A DNA stretch of 64,000 nucleotides from positions 88,600 to 152,599 of the forward strand of contig CAWJUA010000025.1 in the NCBI GenBank assembly GCA_963845925.1, in the 5' to 3' direction. The notes beneath the pieces are model-generated. The model had not been told where the DNA came from. It did not search any database and was given only the letters and a program-made list of their open reading frames with translations. The position numbers and the translations under genes are program-made. Every line of letters starts with the position of its first letter. Within the stretch, counting starts at the first letter, position 1. The stretch comes from an uncultured Chloroflexia bacterium (GTDB lineage Bacteria; Chloroflexota; Limnocylindria; Limnocylindrales; CSP1-4). This document shows, in pieces, positions 29,133 through 39,135 of this stretch.

Positions 29133-29524
29133 GCCGCCGTTCATGCCGCCGCCCGCCTGGCTGGCGGGCATCGGTGAGAAATAGCTGCATCGTCGAGCCT
29201 GCAGTTCGTCGCGGACGATCGCGACAACAGTTCCCGGCGTCCGGCCGGCGGCGACCTCCTCCGCCGCCGGCCGGCCCGTCTCTTCGACAATCCGGACTCG
29301 GCTGGCTCGTCCCTATTCCGACTCGCGCGAATCGAGGCCCAGGTCGAACGGTTCGCGCCGGGCTTCCGGGACACGATCCTCGCCCGGTCCGTCCGCCTGC
29401 CGGCCGAGATCGAGGCCGACAACGCGAACTACGTCGGCGGCGATATCAACGGCGGGCCGCAGTACTCCGCCACCTGTTCACCCGACCCGTCGCGCCTCGA
29501 CCCGTACTCCACGCCGAGCCTCGG

Positions 29525-29725
29525 CATTAGCGCTCGAAGAGTCGATGGGGCTCAGGTACAGCAGATGAACAGTCGTAATGACGGGCGGCAACGAGGCGAG
29601 ACACTTGGATCGGCGGACGGTGTGAACCGTCGTGTGGCCGCGCCACGAGCGCGACCGATGGCTGAGCACAGGAGCCAACATCCGTGTCCGGGGGCGGGAT
29701 CGGGACGCGGGTCGATGCCCGACGT
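29525..29725 (+). repeat. copy 2 of the ~210-nt conserved non-coding leader element, upstream of the ice-binding-like protein gene
   Basis: Same conserved blocks as 21193-21440, ~75-85% identity with indels. A hairpin 'ccggcc-gagctcgaa-ggccgg' follows, before the SD 'aaggaag' and ATG at 29782. Confidence 0.6.
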
Positions 29726-29781
29726 TATCCGCAACGCCGGCCGAGCTCGAAGGCCGGCAATGAACAAGGAAGAGTAGTGAG

Positions 29782-30660
29782 ATGAAGCGCATTGGAACGA
29801 TCGGCTTGGCGGTCTTTCTGGCCGCCGTTCTGGCTGGCACCGCCTTGGCCGCGACATCGGTCAATCTCGGCACGGCCAAGAGCTTCGCTGTGCTGGCCGG
29901 CACCACCATCACCAACACCGGCGCGACCACGATCACCGGCGACGTCGGGACTGGATCCCGGCACGGCCGTCACGGGCTTCACCACCGTGACGCTCCACGG
30001 GGCACAGCATCTCGCCGACGCCGTGGCGTTGCGGCGAAGAACGACCTCGTCGGCGCCTACAACGATGCCGCCGGGGCCACGCCCGTCAACAACGTGCCGA
30101 CCGAGTTGGGCGGCACGACCCTCACGCCCGGCGTCTACGCCTCGGCCACCCTCGGGCTGACCGGCACCCTCACGCTCGACGGCAACGGGGTGTACATCTT
30201 CCAGGCCGGCTCCACGCTGATCACCGCCCCGGGCAGCAGCGTGAACCTCATCAACGGCGCCTCGGCCTGCGACGTCTACTGGCAGGTCGGCAGCTCGGCG
30301 ACGCTGGACACCACCACCAGCTTCAAGGGCACGATCTTGGCCCTCACCTCCATCGCGCTGAACAACGGCGTGACGCTCCAGGGCCGGGCGCTGGCACGCA
30401 ACGGCGCCGTCACGATGATCAACGACACCATCGACAGCTCGGCGTGCGCGGCGCCCAGTCCAACTCCTACCCCAAGCCCCACGCCCAAGCCGGCGCAGCC
30501 CCGCCGCGGCGGCCACGGCTCCGGCCACCGACACGATCGCCTCGACATCCGGGGCGACCACCGACTCGCAATCCGCGGCGTTCCTGATCCTCCTCGTCGC
30601 GGGGATCGCGTTCGTCGGCTCGCTTCGCGTGGCAGCCGTCCGATCCCGCCCGCGCGACTG
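29782..30660 (+). pseudogene. secreted ice-binding-like (DUF3494) beta-helix protein with C-terminal membrane anchor, frame-disrupted
   Basis: The signal peptide precedes 'SFAVLAGTTITNTGATTITGDVG', 'DLVGAYNDAAG', 'TLTPGVYASATLGLTGTLTLDG', 'VYIFQAGSTL' and 'ACDVYWQVGSSATL'. A ~28-aa wrong-frame stretch sits between two compensating shifts (~29945 and ~30035). The hydrophobic C-terminal anchor 'AAFLILLVAGIAFVGSL' is only in the +1 frame. Confidence 0.55.
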
Positions 30661-30757
30661 ACGCGCGATCTGGCCCATGCGCATCGACCCTCGGTCGGCC
30701 CCAGCCGACCCGGGGCCGATCGCGCGTTACCGCGCCTAGCAGCCGCGGGGTCGCCAC

Positions 30758-32006
30758 TCACTCGGCCGAGCCTCGTGGACCGAACAGCGCGGCCGACCAC
30801 CCGGCCACGATCAGCACGCCGATCGCCGCGAGCGCGATGACGGTCGCCCCGGAGATCTCGTCGGCGAGCGGCCCCGCGACGAGGATCGGGACGAGGCTGG
30901 CCGCGCTGACGATCGACGCCAGCACGCCGAACACGCGACCGCGGACGCCGGCCGGCATGTTCTCGAAGAGCGCGGTCTGGGCCGACACGGCCGTGATCGC
31001 ATAGGCCGAACCCGCGACGAACGCCAGGACGGCGACGAGCGGGACGATCGGCAGCCCAGCGGCGTCGGCGATCGTGCTGACGAAGGCGATCGCCAACGCG
31101 AGGATGCCGAAGGCGATCAGCCCGCCCTCGCCGGCCCGTCTGCGCGGGATCCGGCCGCCGAGTCGGCTCAGGCCGAACACCCCGGCCACGACCCCGAGGC
31201 CGAGCGGCAGGACGACGACGATCAGGTTCTTCGGATCGAGGCCGATCGACAGCGCGAGGTTCGGCCCCAGGACGCCGATCACGCCGACGAGCGATGCAGA
31301 GGCCGCCAGGTGGATCAGCGGGCGCCCGACCTCGCGGTTCCCGGTGATCGCGGCCAGACCCCTCGTGCAGCTCGTCGATGGGTTCGTGGAACGTCGGGCG
31401 ATCGGCGCCGGGCTCGCGGGCGACCGGCGGCGCCGAGGGCAGGAACAGGGTCGTGATCGTGGCCGCCGCGTAGAAGACGGTGACGACGACGAGCACGAAC
31501 GACGGGCCGGCGAGCGCGACGACGATCGGGCCAAGGAACGCGAACCCGACCGCGAACGACGCCTGGAGCGTCAGGTTGAAGATGCCCATCGCCGTCTGGA
31601 GCTGGGCCTTCGGGACGATCCTCGGGATCATCGAGGCCTCGGCCGGGGTGAGGATCACGGTCGTCAGGCTGACGCCGAGATTGAGCAGCAGGAGCATCGC
31701 GACGTTGGCGCCGGCGAGGGCGAGGCCCAGCGTCAACACCGTCCGGATGGCGTTCGGCACGATCATCGCCCAGCGGACATCGAGCCGATCGACGAGGACG
31801 CCGGCGACGGCCGACAGCAGGATCGTCGGGAGGAGGAACGACATGACGAGCGCGCTGACCGCGGCGTTCGAGCGGGTCGTGGCGAACACGAGGATCGTCA
31901 GCGCATAGAGCGACATGTTGCCGCCGATCTGCGTGGACGCCTGGATGAACCAGAGGCGGCCGAAGGCGGGGTCGCGGAGGATCGGCCTGGCGAGCGTCGC
32001 GGTCAT
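30758..32006 (-). pseudogene. MFS transporter with a frame change near 31350
   Basis: The N-terminal six TM helices are in ORF 30276..32006. The C-terminal six TM helices are in ORF 30758..31534. Confidence 0.6.
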
Positions 32007-32156
32007 CGACCGAATACTGTGCGCTACGCCGCCGCTTCAGACGCGGCCGTCGGCTGAACCCGTGCGCTGTTTCGGGCGGCCAGGGACGGCTCAGACGCGG
32101 ATCGCCGCGTGTGCTCGACTCGGAATCGCCTGGGCCGCCGTGAAGCGGCCCGCGGA

Positions 32157-32535
32157 TCAGTGCTCGGCGGCGTCGGCCTCGGCCTTCGTCGCGTGGACCG
32201 TGCCGTCGGCGTGCTCGGGCGGCGCGTAGATCGTGATCAAGCCGGAGCGGGACGTCGCCGGTGTTCACGAAGTTGTGGCGGGTTCCCGCCCGGACGAACA
32301 CCAGATCGTTCGGGCCGACCGCGGCGGACTCACCGTCGAGCTGGGCCTCGCCGTGACCGTCGACGAACGCGAGCACCTGGTCGGTCGAGGCGTGGACCTC
32401 CTCGCCGATGTCGCCACCCGGCGGAATCGTCATGACGACCACCTGTTCGTGGGCACCCGTGAGGACGACCCGGCGGAACGCGTCGTTGGACCATGCGGCC
32501 GCGAGGATGTCCACGCGGTTTGCGACCTGTGGCAT
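32157..32535 (-). pseudogene. cupin-domain protein with one frame change near the C-terminus
   Basis: ATG at 32535 with AAGGAGG 9 nt upstream. Cupin motifs 'GDIGEEVHASTDQVLAFVDGHGEAQLDGE..VFVRAGTRHNFVNTGD'. The typical ending '..ITIYAPPEHADGTVHATKAEADAAEH*' is reached only after a +1 shift at 'PLRL'. Confidence 0.55.
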
Positions 32536-32796
32536 CGGAGTGCCTCCTTGGCGAGTGCGGCGGATGGCCCTTCGTGGTCCGGCCCGCGTTGAGACGGCGA
32601 CGCCGTCGGCGCATCCAGATCAGACCATGCGCTCGGCCGCGCTTCCTTTCGAGTGCTGAACGTCGCGTTCGCGGGGGCCGTTCAGCCGACTCGATCACCG
32701 TGTCACGAGCGCCTGTTGCCGGCCCATGACGTTCGGCCCGGTGGAGGCCTCGCTTCCCTCCGTCGTCGCGATGGCAAGGGCGATTCGTGGCTTGAC

Positions 32797-32840
32797 ATGT
32801 AATTCCTCGCGTGTAGAATTCTACGCATGTGGAATTCACG
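32797..32840. promoter_or_regulatory. AT-rich palindrome/repeat cluster in the cupin/transporter divergent intergenic region; candidate TetR operator
   Basis: A perfect 12-bp palindrome GTAGAATTCTAC (32813-32824) is flanked by the related repeats 'ATGTAATTCC' and 'ATGTGGAATTCAC'. It lies 15-60 nt upstream of the SD and ATG (32855) of the membrane-protein-TetR transcription unit. Confidence 0.4.
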
Positions 32841-32854
32841 CCGAGGACCTTGCC

Positions 32855-33835
32855 ATGACCCGCGAATCGATTGAACCCATCGCCCGGCCGATCGTTGCCG
32901 GTCTTCTGCTGCTCGTGACCCTCCTCCTGGTGCTGGGGACCGCAATCCGCGATCCCCGGCCCCACGACCTGCCGGTCGGGATCGTTGCGCCGCCACCGAT
33001 GGCGCAGCAACTCACCGGCGCGTTTTCGGACAATGCGCCGGGCGCCTTCGCTTTCACCACCTTCGCAACCGAGGCCGACGCCAGGGCGGCGCTCGACAAC
33101 CGCGACGTCGCCGCCGCGCTGATCGTCGGGCCCGCTGGACCTCGTCTCGTGGTCGCGGGGGCCGCGGGCGACGCGGTCGCCGGCGGGATCACTGCGGCGT
33201 TCACCGGGGCGTTCAAGGCCCAGGGCACGGAACTCCCGGTCGACGTCGTCCACCCGTACGCGGCCGGCGACCCGCACGGGATCGTGCTGTTCTTCCTCCT
33301 TCTGGCCACGCTCGTCTCATCGGTCGTGGTTGGGGCCCTCGCCGCGCTCGGCACGTCCGGCCAATCGTGGACGGCTCCGCTCGGCATCGTCGCGATCTAC
33401 GCGGTGGCCGCCGGCGTCGTCGGCGGGCTGGCGGCAGCCTGGCTCGCCGGCGGCTACGGGGACGGCCTGGCAGGGGCGATGGCCGTCGTCGCGCTCCTGT
33501 CGTTCGCGGTCGCGATCGTGATTGCCGCTCTCGCGAGGCTCCTGGGACCGGCCGGCGTCGCGCTCGGCGCGCTGGTAGTCGTCTTCCTCGGGCTGGTCTC
33601 GTCCGGCGGGCCGCTCGGGACCGCGTTCTTGCCCGACGCGTTCCGGGCGATCGCGGGCTGGCTGCCCGTCGCGCCGGCGGCCGACGCCCTGCGCGGAACG
33701 CTGTTCTTCGGCGGCGCCGGGATCGCCACGCCGCTCCTCGTCGTTGCCGGCTGGGCGGTCCTCGGCGTGGCCGTCCTGGCCGCTCGCGACCTGGTCGCGC
33801 CGGCGGGCCGGCGAGCCGCGCTGGCGACGGCCTAA
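32855..33835 (+). CDS. polytopic membrane protein, ABC-2/YhgE-Pip-like transporter permease
   Basis: ATG at 32855 with GAGGA 7 nt upstream. The N-terminal TM helix is followed by a ~130-aa extracytoplasmic loop, then five to six C-terminal TM helices. It lies directly upstream of the TetR gene. Confidence 0.6.
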   Translation: MTRESIEPIARPIVAGLLLLVTLLLVLGTAIRDPRPHDLPVGIVAPPPMAQQLTGAFSDNAPGAFAFTTFATEADARAALDNRDVAAALIVGPAGPRLVVAGAAGDAVAGGITAAFTGAFKAQGTELPVDVVHPYAAGDPHGIVLFFLLLATLVSSVVVGALAALGTSGQSWTAPLGIVAIYAVAAGVVGGLAAAWLAGGYGDGLAGAMAVVALLSFAVAIVIAALARLLGPAGVALGALVVVFLGLVSSGGPLGTAFLPDAFRAIAGWLPVAPAADALRGTLFFGGAGIATPLLVVAGWAVLGVAVLAARDLVAPAGRRAALATA

Positions 33836-33844
33836 CCTTCGTCC

Positions 33845-34421
33845 GTGGCCCGCACCGGACGACGTCCCGGCTCAAGTGGCAGCCGCGAGGACATCCTCGC
33901 GGCCGCCCGTTCGCGGTTCGCGGCGGACGGCTATGACGGCGCGACGATCCGCGGCATCGCGGCATCGGCGGGGGTGGATCCAGCGCTCGTCCGCCACTAC
34001 TTCGGGTCGAAGGAGCGCCTGTTCGTCGCGGCCATGGCGTTCCCGATCGACCCGGCCGTGATGGTGCCGCGACTCGTCGAGCCCGGACTCGATGGGCTGG
34101 GCGAGCGACTCGTCCGGTTCTTCCTGGCCACGTGGGACGCGGCGGACTCGCCGTTCGTCGCCCTGCTCCGCTCGGTCACGACGAACGAGCAGGCCGCAGA
34201 GATGCTGCGCCAGTTCCTCACCCGCGAGGTCGTCGGCCGGGTCGCGGCCTCGCTCGATCTCGATCGGCCGCAGGCTGCGCGCCACGCTCGCCGCCAGCCA
34301 TCTCGTCGGCCTGGCGTTCGTGCGCTACGTCGTGAGGTTGGAGCCAGTCGCCTCGGCGAACGCGGAGACGCTTGTCCGCGAGGTCGGTCCGACGATCCAG
34401 CGCTACTTCGCCCCCGGCTAG
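33845..34421 (+). pseudogene. TetR-family transcriptional regulator with one frame change near 34270
   Basis: The HTH 'ATIRGIAASAGVDPALVRHYFGSKERLF' is in ORF 33845..34483. The C-terminus '..LRATLAASHLVGLAFVRYVVRLEP..' is in the 34092..34421 frame. The fragment copy at 18355-18560 reads through this point in a single frame. Confidence 0.65.
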
Positions 34422-34479
34422 CCTGCACCCGCGCGATGGCGTCGTGCCCCATCTCGAGTGGACCCGCTACCCTCCGACC

Positions 34480-34869
34480 GTGACGCATCTCTATACGCTG
34501 CTGCTCGGCGGCACGGTCATCACGAGCCCAGACCAGCCCGACGTCTCGGCGATCGCCTGGGCGGCGGACACCGTGATCGCTCTCGGCAGCGACGACAACG
34601 TGCGCGCGGCGTCGCGCGGCGACTCCCGGTTCATCGATCTCGGCGGCGCGACCGTCGTGGCACTCGATGAAGGCGCCGATGCCCGCTGGCCGCCGCACGC
34701 AACCCTCGAGGTCGGCGGCCGCGCGGACCTTGCCGTGCTGGAGAGCGACCCTCGTCACCTCGACGCTTTACCACGCCAACGGCTACCCGCGATCGCCCTT
34801 GTTCGCGGCGGAATCGTCGTAGCCGGACGGTTGCCTGGAGCCGGCGCCGCGCCCGACCACGATCACTAG
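34480..34869 (+). CDS. small amidohydrolase-like protein comprising only the composite beta-sandwich (no TIM barrel)
   Basis: 'HLYTLLLGGTVIT..DTVIALGSDD..SRFIDLGGATVVAL' resembles an amidohydrolase N-terminus. '..GGRADLAVLESDP' resembles its C-terminus, and no metal-binding barrel lies between. A GTG start is assumed, with M at 34372 as an alternative. This may be a deletion remnant. Confidence 0.3.
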   Translation: MTHLYTLLLGGTVITSPDQPDVSAIAWAADTVIALGSDDNVRAASRGDSRFIDLGGATVVALDEGADARWPPHATLEVGGRADLAVLESDPRHLDALPRQRLPAIALVRGGIVVAGRLPGAGAAPDHDH

Positions 34870-34917
34870 CAGATCAGCGGGATCCTGATTGCTCGTGTCG
34901 CCGCGCCTTCCCGACGG

Positions 34918-35427
34918 TCACGCGCTCCGGGCGGCTGCGAGGTGGCCCAGAGCCTCGGGTTGCTCGGCCGGTCCGGTCACGACGACCTCCCCGTAGCTTT
35001 CCTCGCCGTCCGCGCCGTGGACGAGGTAGGCGTGATGGATCTCGGTCACGCCGGACGACAGGTTGCCGGTGACCGTGCAATACCTGGTCGCCGACAGCTC
35101 GACCGCCCGACGGACCGCCTCGACCTCGACAGGCCCTTCAACCACGTGGACGATCCGGATCCGCTCGAAGACGTGCGGCGGCGGGTCGTCCCGCTGCTCC
35201 GCCGCGACGCGGACCTCGTAGCGTGTGAATCGCTGCCGCTTCTTGCGGAGGATCGAGACGACGTCCATCGCCGTGCAACCGGCTTGCGCGACCACGAGCA
35301 GCTCCGCCGGACGCGGGCCGGTGTCGCCCTCGGCGTTGTCCATGACGACCGTGTGGCCGCTGCCCGTCCGGGCGACGAAGCGTGAGCTCTCACCGTCGAG
35401 CGACGCGTTGACCATCGTGGTTGCCAT
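34918..35427 (-). CDS. OsmC/Ohr-family peroxiredoxin-like protein
   Basis: 'ELLVVAQAGCTAMDVVSIL' and 'LSATRYCTVTGNL' carry the two conserved cysteines in OsmC context. Confidence 0.8.
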   Translation of the reverse strand: MATTMVNASLDGESSRFVARTGSGHTVVMDNAEGDTGPRPAELLVVAQAGCTAMDVVSILRKKRQRFTRYEVRVAAEQRDDPPPHVFERIRIVHVVEGPVEVEAVRRAVELSATRYCTVTGNLSSGVTEIHHAYLVHGADGEESYGEVVVTGPAEQPEALGHLAAARSA

Positions 35428-35502
35428 CGTGATCTCCCTCGTTGAACGAAGCCGGTGCGGGGTCCGAGGGAAGAGGCTCGGGCCCCGCGTCGGCTCAGGT
35501 GG

Positions 35503-36664
35503 TTACACGCGGCCCTTGGGGACGGTGTGCCAGTACGTCTTGTTGAACACGATCTTGCCCAGGTGCCAGAGCTGGTTCGGCTTGGGCGGGCGCGGCGGGT
35601 GGTCGTAGTCGAACTGGAGCAGCGTGCCCTTGCCGTCGCCGACCTCGAAGAAGCACATGACCTTGCCGAGGTAGTCGCCGTGCTTGCGGTCTACCTTGCG
35701 GCCCTCGATCGCCGCGGCGATCCGTTCGGTGACGACGGGCGCTTCGAAGTGGGCCGTCGAGCCCGCCTTCGAGAGCGGGAGGTCGGTGGCGTCACCGAGG
35801 GCATAGACATTGGGTCGACCCCCAACCTGGAGGGTCGCCCGATCCGTCGGCAGCCAGCCGCCAGGCGCCGGCGCCAGACCGGAGTCGATGAGGAACTGCT
35901 GGCCCTTGTGCGGCGGCACGAGGATGAGCAGCTCGTAGGGAAGCTCCTCGCCCTCGAGGCTCTGGACGACATGGCGTTCGGCATCGATCGCTTCGACGTT
36001 GAAGAACGTATGGAGCTCGATCCCCTTCGCTTCGAGGATCGGGGTCGCCATCTCGGAGACGCTCTCGATCGTGAACGCCCGCCCGATCGGCGAGCAGAAG
36101 TGGACCTCGCTCTTGTCGCGCAGGCCGCGATCGCGGAGCTCCGCCTCGATGAGGAACGACGACCTCGAGCGGCGCCGGCGGGCATTTGTACGGCATGCCG
36201 GCGATGCGCGACGACGATCCGCCCGCCCTTGAAGGCGTCGAGCGCCTTGCGGAGCTCGAGCGCCGCCTCGGCGCTGTAGAAGTGATGGGCCTCGGTGTCG
36301 AAGTGCTCGATCGCCTCCGGCACGATGCGCGAGCCGGTGGCGAGGACCAGCTGGTCGTAGCCGAGGCGCTGGCCGTCGGCCAGGTGGACCGTCTGGGTTG
36401 GCTCGTCGACCTTCTCGATCTCGCCGACGACCAGGGCCACTCGCGGATCGAGCAGGCCGCGCTCGGGGCGCTGGAGCTTCTCGGCGCGCTCGCCGCCCAT
36501 CGCGATGTACATGAAGCCGGGCTGGTAGGTGTGCTGGCCGGTCTGGTCGACGACGGTGATCGACGACCTCGCCCGCCTTCACCTGGCGGCGCAGCTTCTT
36601 GATCAGGAGGTTGGCGGTCGAGCGTGCCGCCGACGCCGCCTCCGAGGATGAGGATCCGCTTCAT
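35503..36664 (-). pseudogene. sulfide:quinone oxidoreductase (SQR, FAD-dependent), frame-disrupted in the N-terminal third
   Basis: The N-terminus 'MKRILILGGGVGGT' is in the 35792..36757 frame. 'VHLADGQRLGYDQLVLATGSRIV..' is in 35691..36512. The C-terminal ~210 aa ('..VYALGDATDLPLSKAGSTAHFEAPVV..') are in 35503..36582. Confidence 0.65.
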
Positions 36665-36672
36665 CACAGGCC

Positions 36673-36921
36673 TCAGTGGGTCTTCTCGACGACGATCTCG
36701 TCGTATCCGTCGCGGCGCTCGACCCCGACGAGCCGGTGGCCGGCCTTCTCGACCCACTTCGGGATGTCGGTCTTGCTGCCCGAGTCGGTGCTGTAGACGG
36801 CGATCACCTGGCCAGGCTCGCTCTCGCGAATCGCCCGGATGAGCTCCATCAGTGGGCCGGGGCAGAAGCTGCCTCGAGCATCGACGACTCGAGTGGTGCT
36901 CGCGGTGGCGATGTCAGTCAT
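36673..36921 (-). CDS. TusA-like sulfurtransferase
   Basis: An 82-aa protein with the 'CPGPLMEL' motif in '[33 protein letters not shown]'. Confidence 0.8.
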   Translation of the reverse strand: MTDIATASTTRVVDARGSFCPGPLMELIRAIRESEPGQVIAVYSTDSGSKTDIPKWVEKAGHRLVGVERRDGYDEIVVEKTH

Positions 36922-36936
36922 GGCAGGTGCCTCTTC

Positions 36937-37521
36937 CTAGATGAACAGCGAGGCATCGGCCTCGGTCATGATCTCGATGGCCGTGGCCGCTCCGGCGGGC
37001 TCGCCCATCTCGTCGATGAGGTCCTCCCGCTTCAGGCCGAACATGTCCATCGTCATCTGGCAGGGGATGAACTCGACGCCCAGGGCGTTGGCGGCCTCGA
37101 GGAGCTCGCGCGGGCTCGCGACGCCGTACTTCTTGCTGAGGCTGCCCATCATCCAGGGCCCCATGCCCAGGAAGTTCATCTTGCTGAGCTTCAGATGGTC
37201 GATGCCGGGACGCTGCATGAGCGTCAGCATCTTCTGCATCCAGGTGTCGCCGACGATCCGCTTCTGGTCCTTGACGAAGGGCAGCAGGCCCCAGAACGTC
37301 ACGAAGACCTTGCAGTGGACGCCACTCGCGGCCGCTGTCGAGGACAGGATCATGACGGGCCAGACCTTGTCGAGCTCGCCCGACCAGTTGACGATGACGA
37401 GCTCCTTGGTCCGGACGGGTTGCTCGATCGCGGGCTCCGGGAGGTCATCGATGTCGGCGATCGCGACGGCGATCGGATCGGTCGGCGCCGCGGACGGCTG
37501 CTCAAGCATGGTGGTGGTCAT
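36937..37521 (-). CDS. DsrE/DsrF-like family protein
   Basis: A 194-aa protein whose central region 'LVIVNWSGELDKVWPVMILSSTAAASGVHCKVFVTFWGL' has a conserved Cys in DsrE-like context. Confidence 0.65.
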   Translation of the reverse strand: MTTTMLEQPSAAPTDPIAVAIADIDDLPEPAIEQPVRTKELVIVNWSGELDKVWPVMILSSTAAASGVHCKVFVTFWGLLPFVKDQKRIVGDTWMQKMLTLMQRPGIDHLKLSKMNFLGMGPWMMGSLSKKYGVASPRELLEAANALGVEFIPCQMTMDMFGLKREDLIDEMGEPAGAATAIEIMTEADASLFI

Positions 37522-37531
37522 CGCGGGTGCC

Positions 37532-37772
37532 TCACTTTCGTCGGAGGACGAAGCGGTAGACGCCGCCGTCCGATGACTGCTCGATGAGCTCGTTGCCGGT
37601 CGTCCGCGCCCAGGCCGCGAAGTCCTTGACGGACCCCGGATCGGTGGCGAGGACCTCGATCAGGTTGCCCGACTCGACCGTCTTGACCGCCTGGGCCGTC
37701 TTGACGATCGGCATCGGGCACGAGAGGCCGCGGGCGTCGACGCGTCTGGCTGATTTCGAGAACTGCCATGGC
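37532..37772 (-). pseudogene. second TusA-like sulfurtransferase, one frame change after codon ~10
   Basis: ATG at 37772 with AAGGAG 8 nt upstream gives 'MAVLEISQT'. A -1 shift then gives 'VDARGLSCPMPIVKTAQAVKTVESGNLIEVLATDPGS..' through to 37532. Confidence 0.6.
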
Positions 37773-37795
37773 TGTGACTCCTTCGTGTGGACGGA

Positions 37796-38211
37796 TCAGA
37801 TGAACACGACCTGGCCTTCGCCGGCGTTGAGGTAGAAGGCGGTCACGCCCTCGACCCCGTCGACGAGCGGGTCGAGGTCCGACTGCTCGAGATGCAGGAG
37901 GTCCATCGACAGCGAGCAGGCCTCGATGTCGACGCCGCCCAGCTCCTTCGCCTGACGGAGGGTCTCGGCCCAGCTCGCCTGTCCGGCGGTGCGCATCAGG
38001 GTCACCGCGGCGCGGCCGGCCTCGCCGGCCTCCGGCGCGAGACCGTGGTCGCGGCCGATCCGGTCGGCGCGGAACGCATCGAGCGCCCAGTACTGCAGGA
38101 AGACGTTGACCGGCTTGCCGAGGGCCGCGGCGCCGGCCGTCGAGGACCGCGGCGGCCTGGAGCTTGTCGTCGGTGCCGGAGAAGAGGACCAGGTTGAGGG
38201 GCTCGTCCATG
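37796..38211 (-). pseudogene. second DsrE-like protein, one frame change near 38140
   Basis: 'MDEPLNLVLFSGTDDKLQAAAVL' in one frame is followed in another by 'AAGAAALGKPVNVFLQYWALDAF..GVTAFYLNAGEGQVVFI*'. Confidence 0.55.
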
Positions 38212-38215
38212 GCCG

Positions 38216-38608
38216 TTACCTCGAAGGTGCGGTGAGGGGTGAGAACGGTGCCAACGGCGAAGTCGCGGACATCGCGGGGCCGGCCGGGAGTTCGCTCGCA
38301 CGGGCCGCGATCTCGCCGAGTCGCGTCAGCCGTCGCTCGAGAACGGAGCGCATGAGCCCGCACGCGACCATGACGTCGGGATCGGCGAGCCGGTAGCTGA
38401 CCTCGCGCCCGTTGCGCTCGGCCTCGACGAGGCCGGCGCTCCGCAGCACGGCGAGATGTTGTGAGACATTGGGTTGGCTCGCGCCGATCGCCTTGGCCAG
38501 GCGGCCGACCTCCATCGGACCAGCGGCGATCGCGTGGAGGATCTCGAGCCGCCGCGGACTGGCCAGCGTCTTGAGGACCTCCGCCTGGAGGATCGTGATG
38601 TTGTCCAT
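38216..38608 (-). CDS. ArsR/SmtB-family transcriptional regulator (candidate sulfide/persulfide-responsive regulator of the downstream operon)
   Basis: ATG at 38608. The winged HTH is 'LASPRRLEILHAIAAGPMEVGRLAKAIGASQPNVSQHLAVLRSAGLV'. Cys 'VMVACGL' lies in the C-terminal region. It is first in a same-strand run ending at SQR. Confidence 0.65.
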   Translation of the reverse strand: MDNITILQAEVLKTLASPRRLEILHAIAAGPMEVGRLAKAIGASQPNVSQHLAVLRSAGLVEAERNGREVSYRLADPDVMVACGLMRSVLERRLTRLGEIAARASELPAGPAMSATSPLAPFSPLTAPSR

Positions 38609-38694
38609 GACGCGACTATCGACATATGCGCAGATGCCGATGAGTGCTGGGCGGCCTGTTGGAGGGTGTCGGAAGTCACACCCTCGCGCCCGGA

Positions 38695-39135
38695 TCAGCG
38701 ACGCGTGGCGGAGATGGCCGACCGGTCGACATCGGCGATGCGTTCGGGCGCCGCGTCGGTCTCGAAGCCGGCTCGCTCGAGGAGCCGACGGGCGACCGTC
38801 ATCCGCAATCCGTGGTCGAGCGGCTCCACCGGGTCGCGCTCCCCCACTGCGACCGTCGCCCGCCACGAAGGGGTCGCGGCCAGAGGCTGGACCTGGGTGT
38901 CGACGTGGCGGCGCAGAAGCTCCGTCGCGAGGCCTTGCCGTCGAACGGGCGGGGCCACCCAGATGCCATCCAGCTGGCGTGCGCCGTCGGAGGTCCGCGA
39001 CGAGGCCACCAGCCCCACGACGACGTCGCCCGCGACCGCCAGGGTCAGGTCCTTCCATTCCAGGATCAGCGACTTCGCCGCCAGCGGTGACAAGTTCGCG
39101 ATGAGGCGCGGTGCGAAGGTCAGCCGCTCGATCAT
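38695..39135 (-). CDS. GNAT-family N-acetyltransferase
   Basis: The acetyl-CoA motif is 'VAPPVRRQGLATELLRRHV', with '..ARRLLERAGFE' near the end. It is in frame with the preceding deacetylase tail, with no stop, so a fusion cannot be excluded. Confidence 0.5.
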   Translation of the reverse strand: MIERLTFAPRLIANLSPLAAKSLILEWKDLTLAVAGDVVVGLVASSRTSDGARQLDGIWVAPPVRRQGLATELLRRHVDTQVQPLAATPSWRATVAVGERDPVEPLDHGLRMTVARRLLERAGFETDAAPERIADVDRSAISATRR

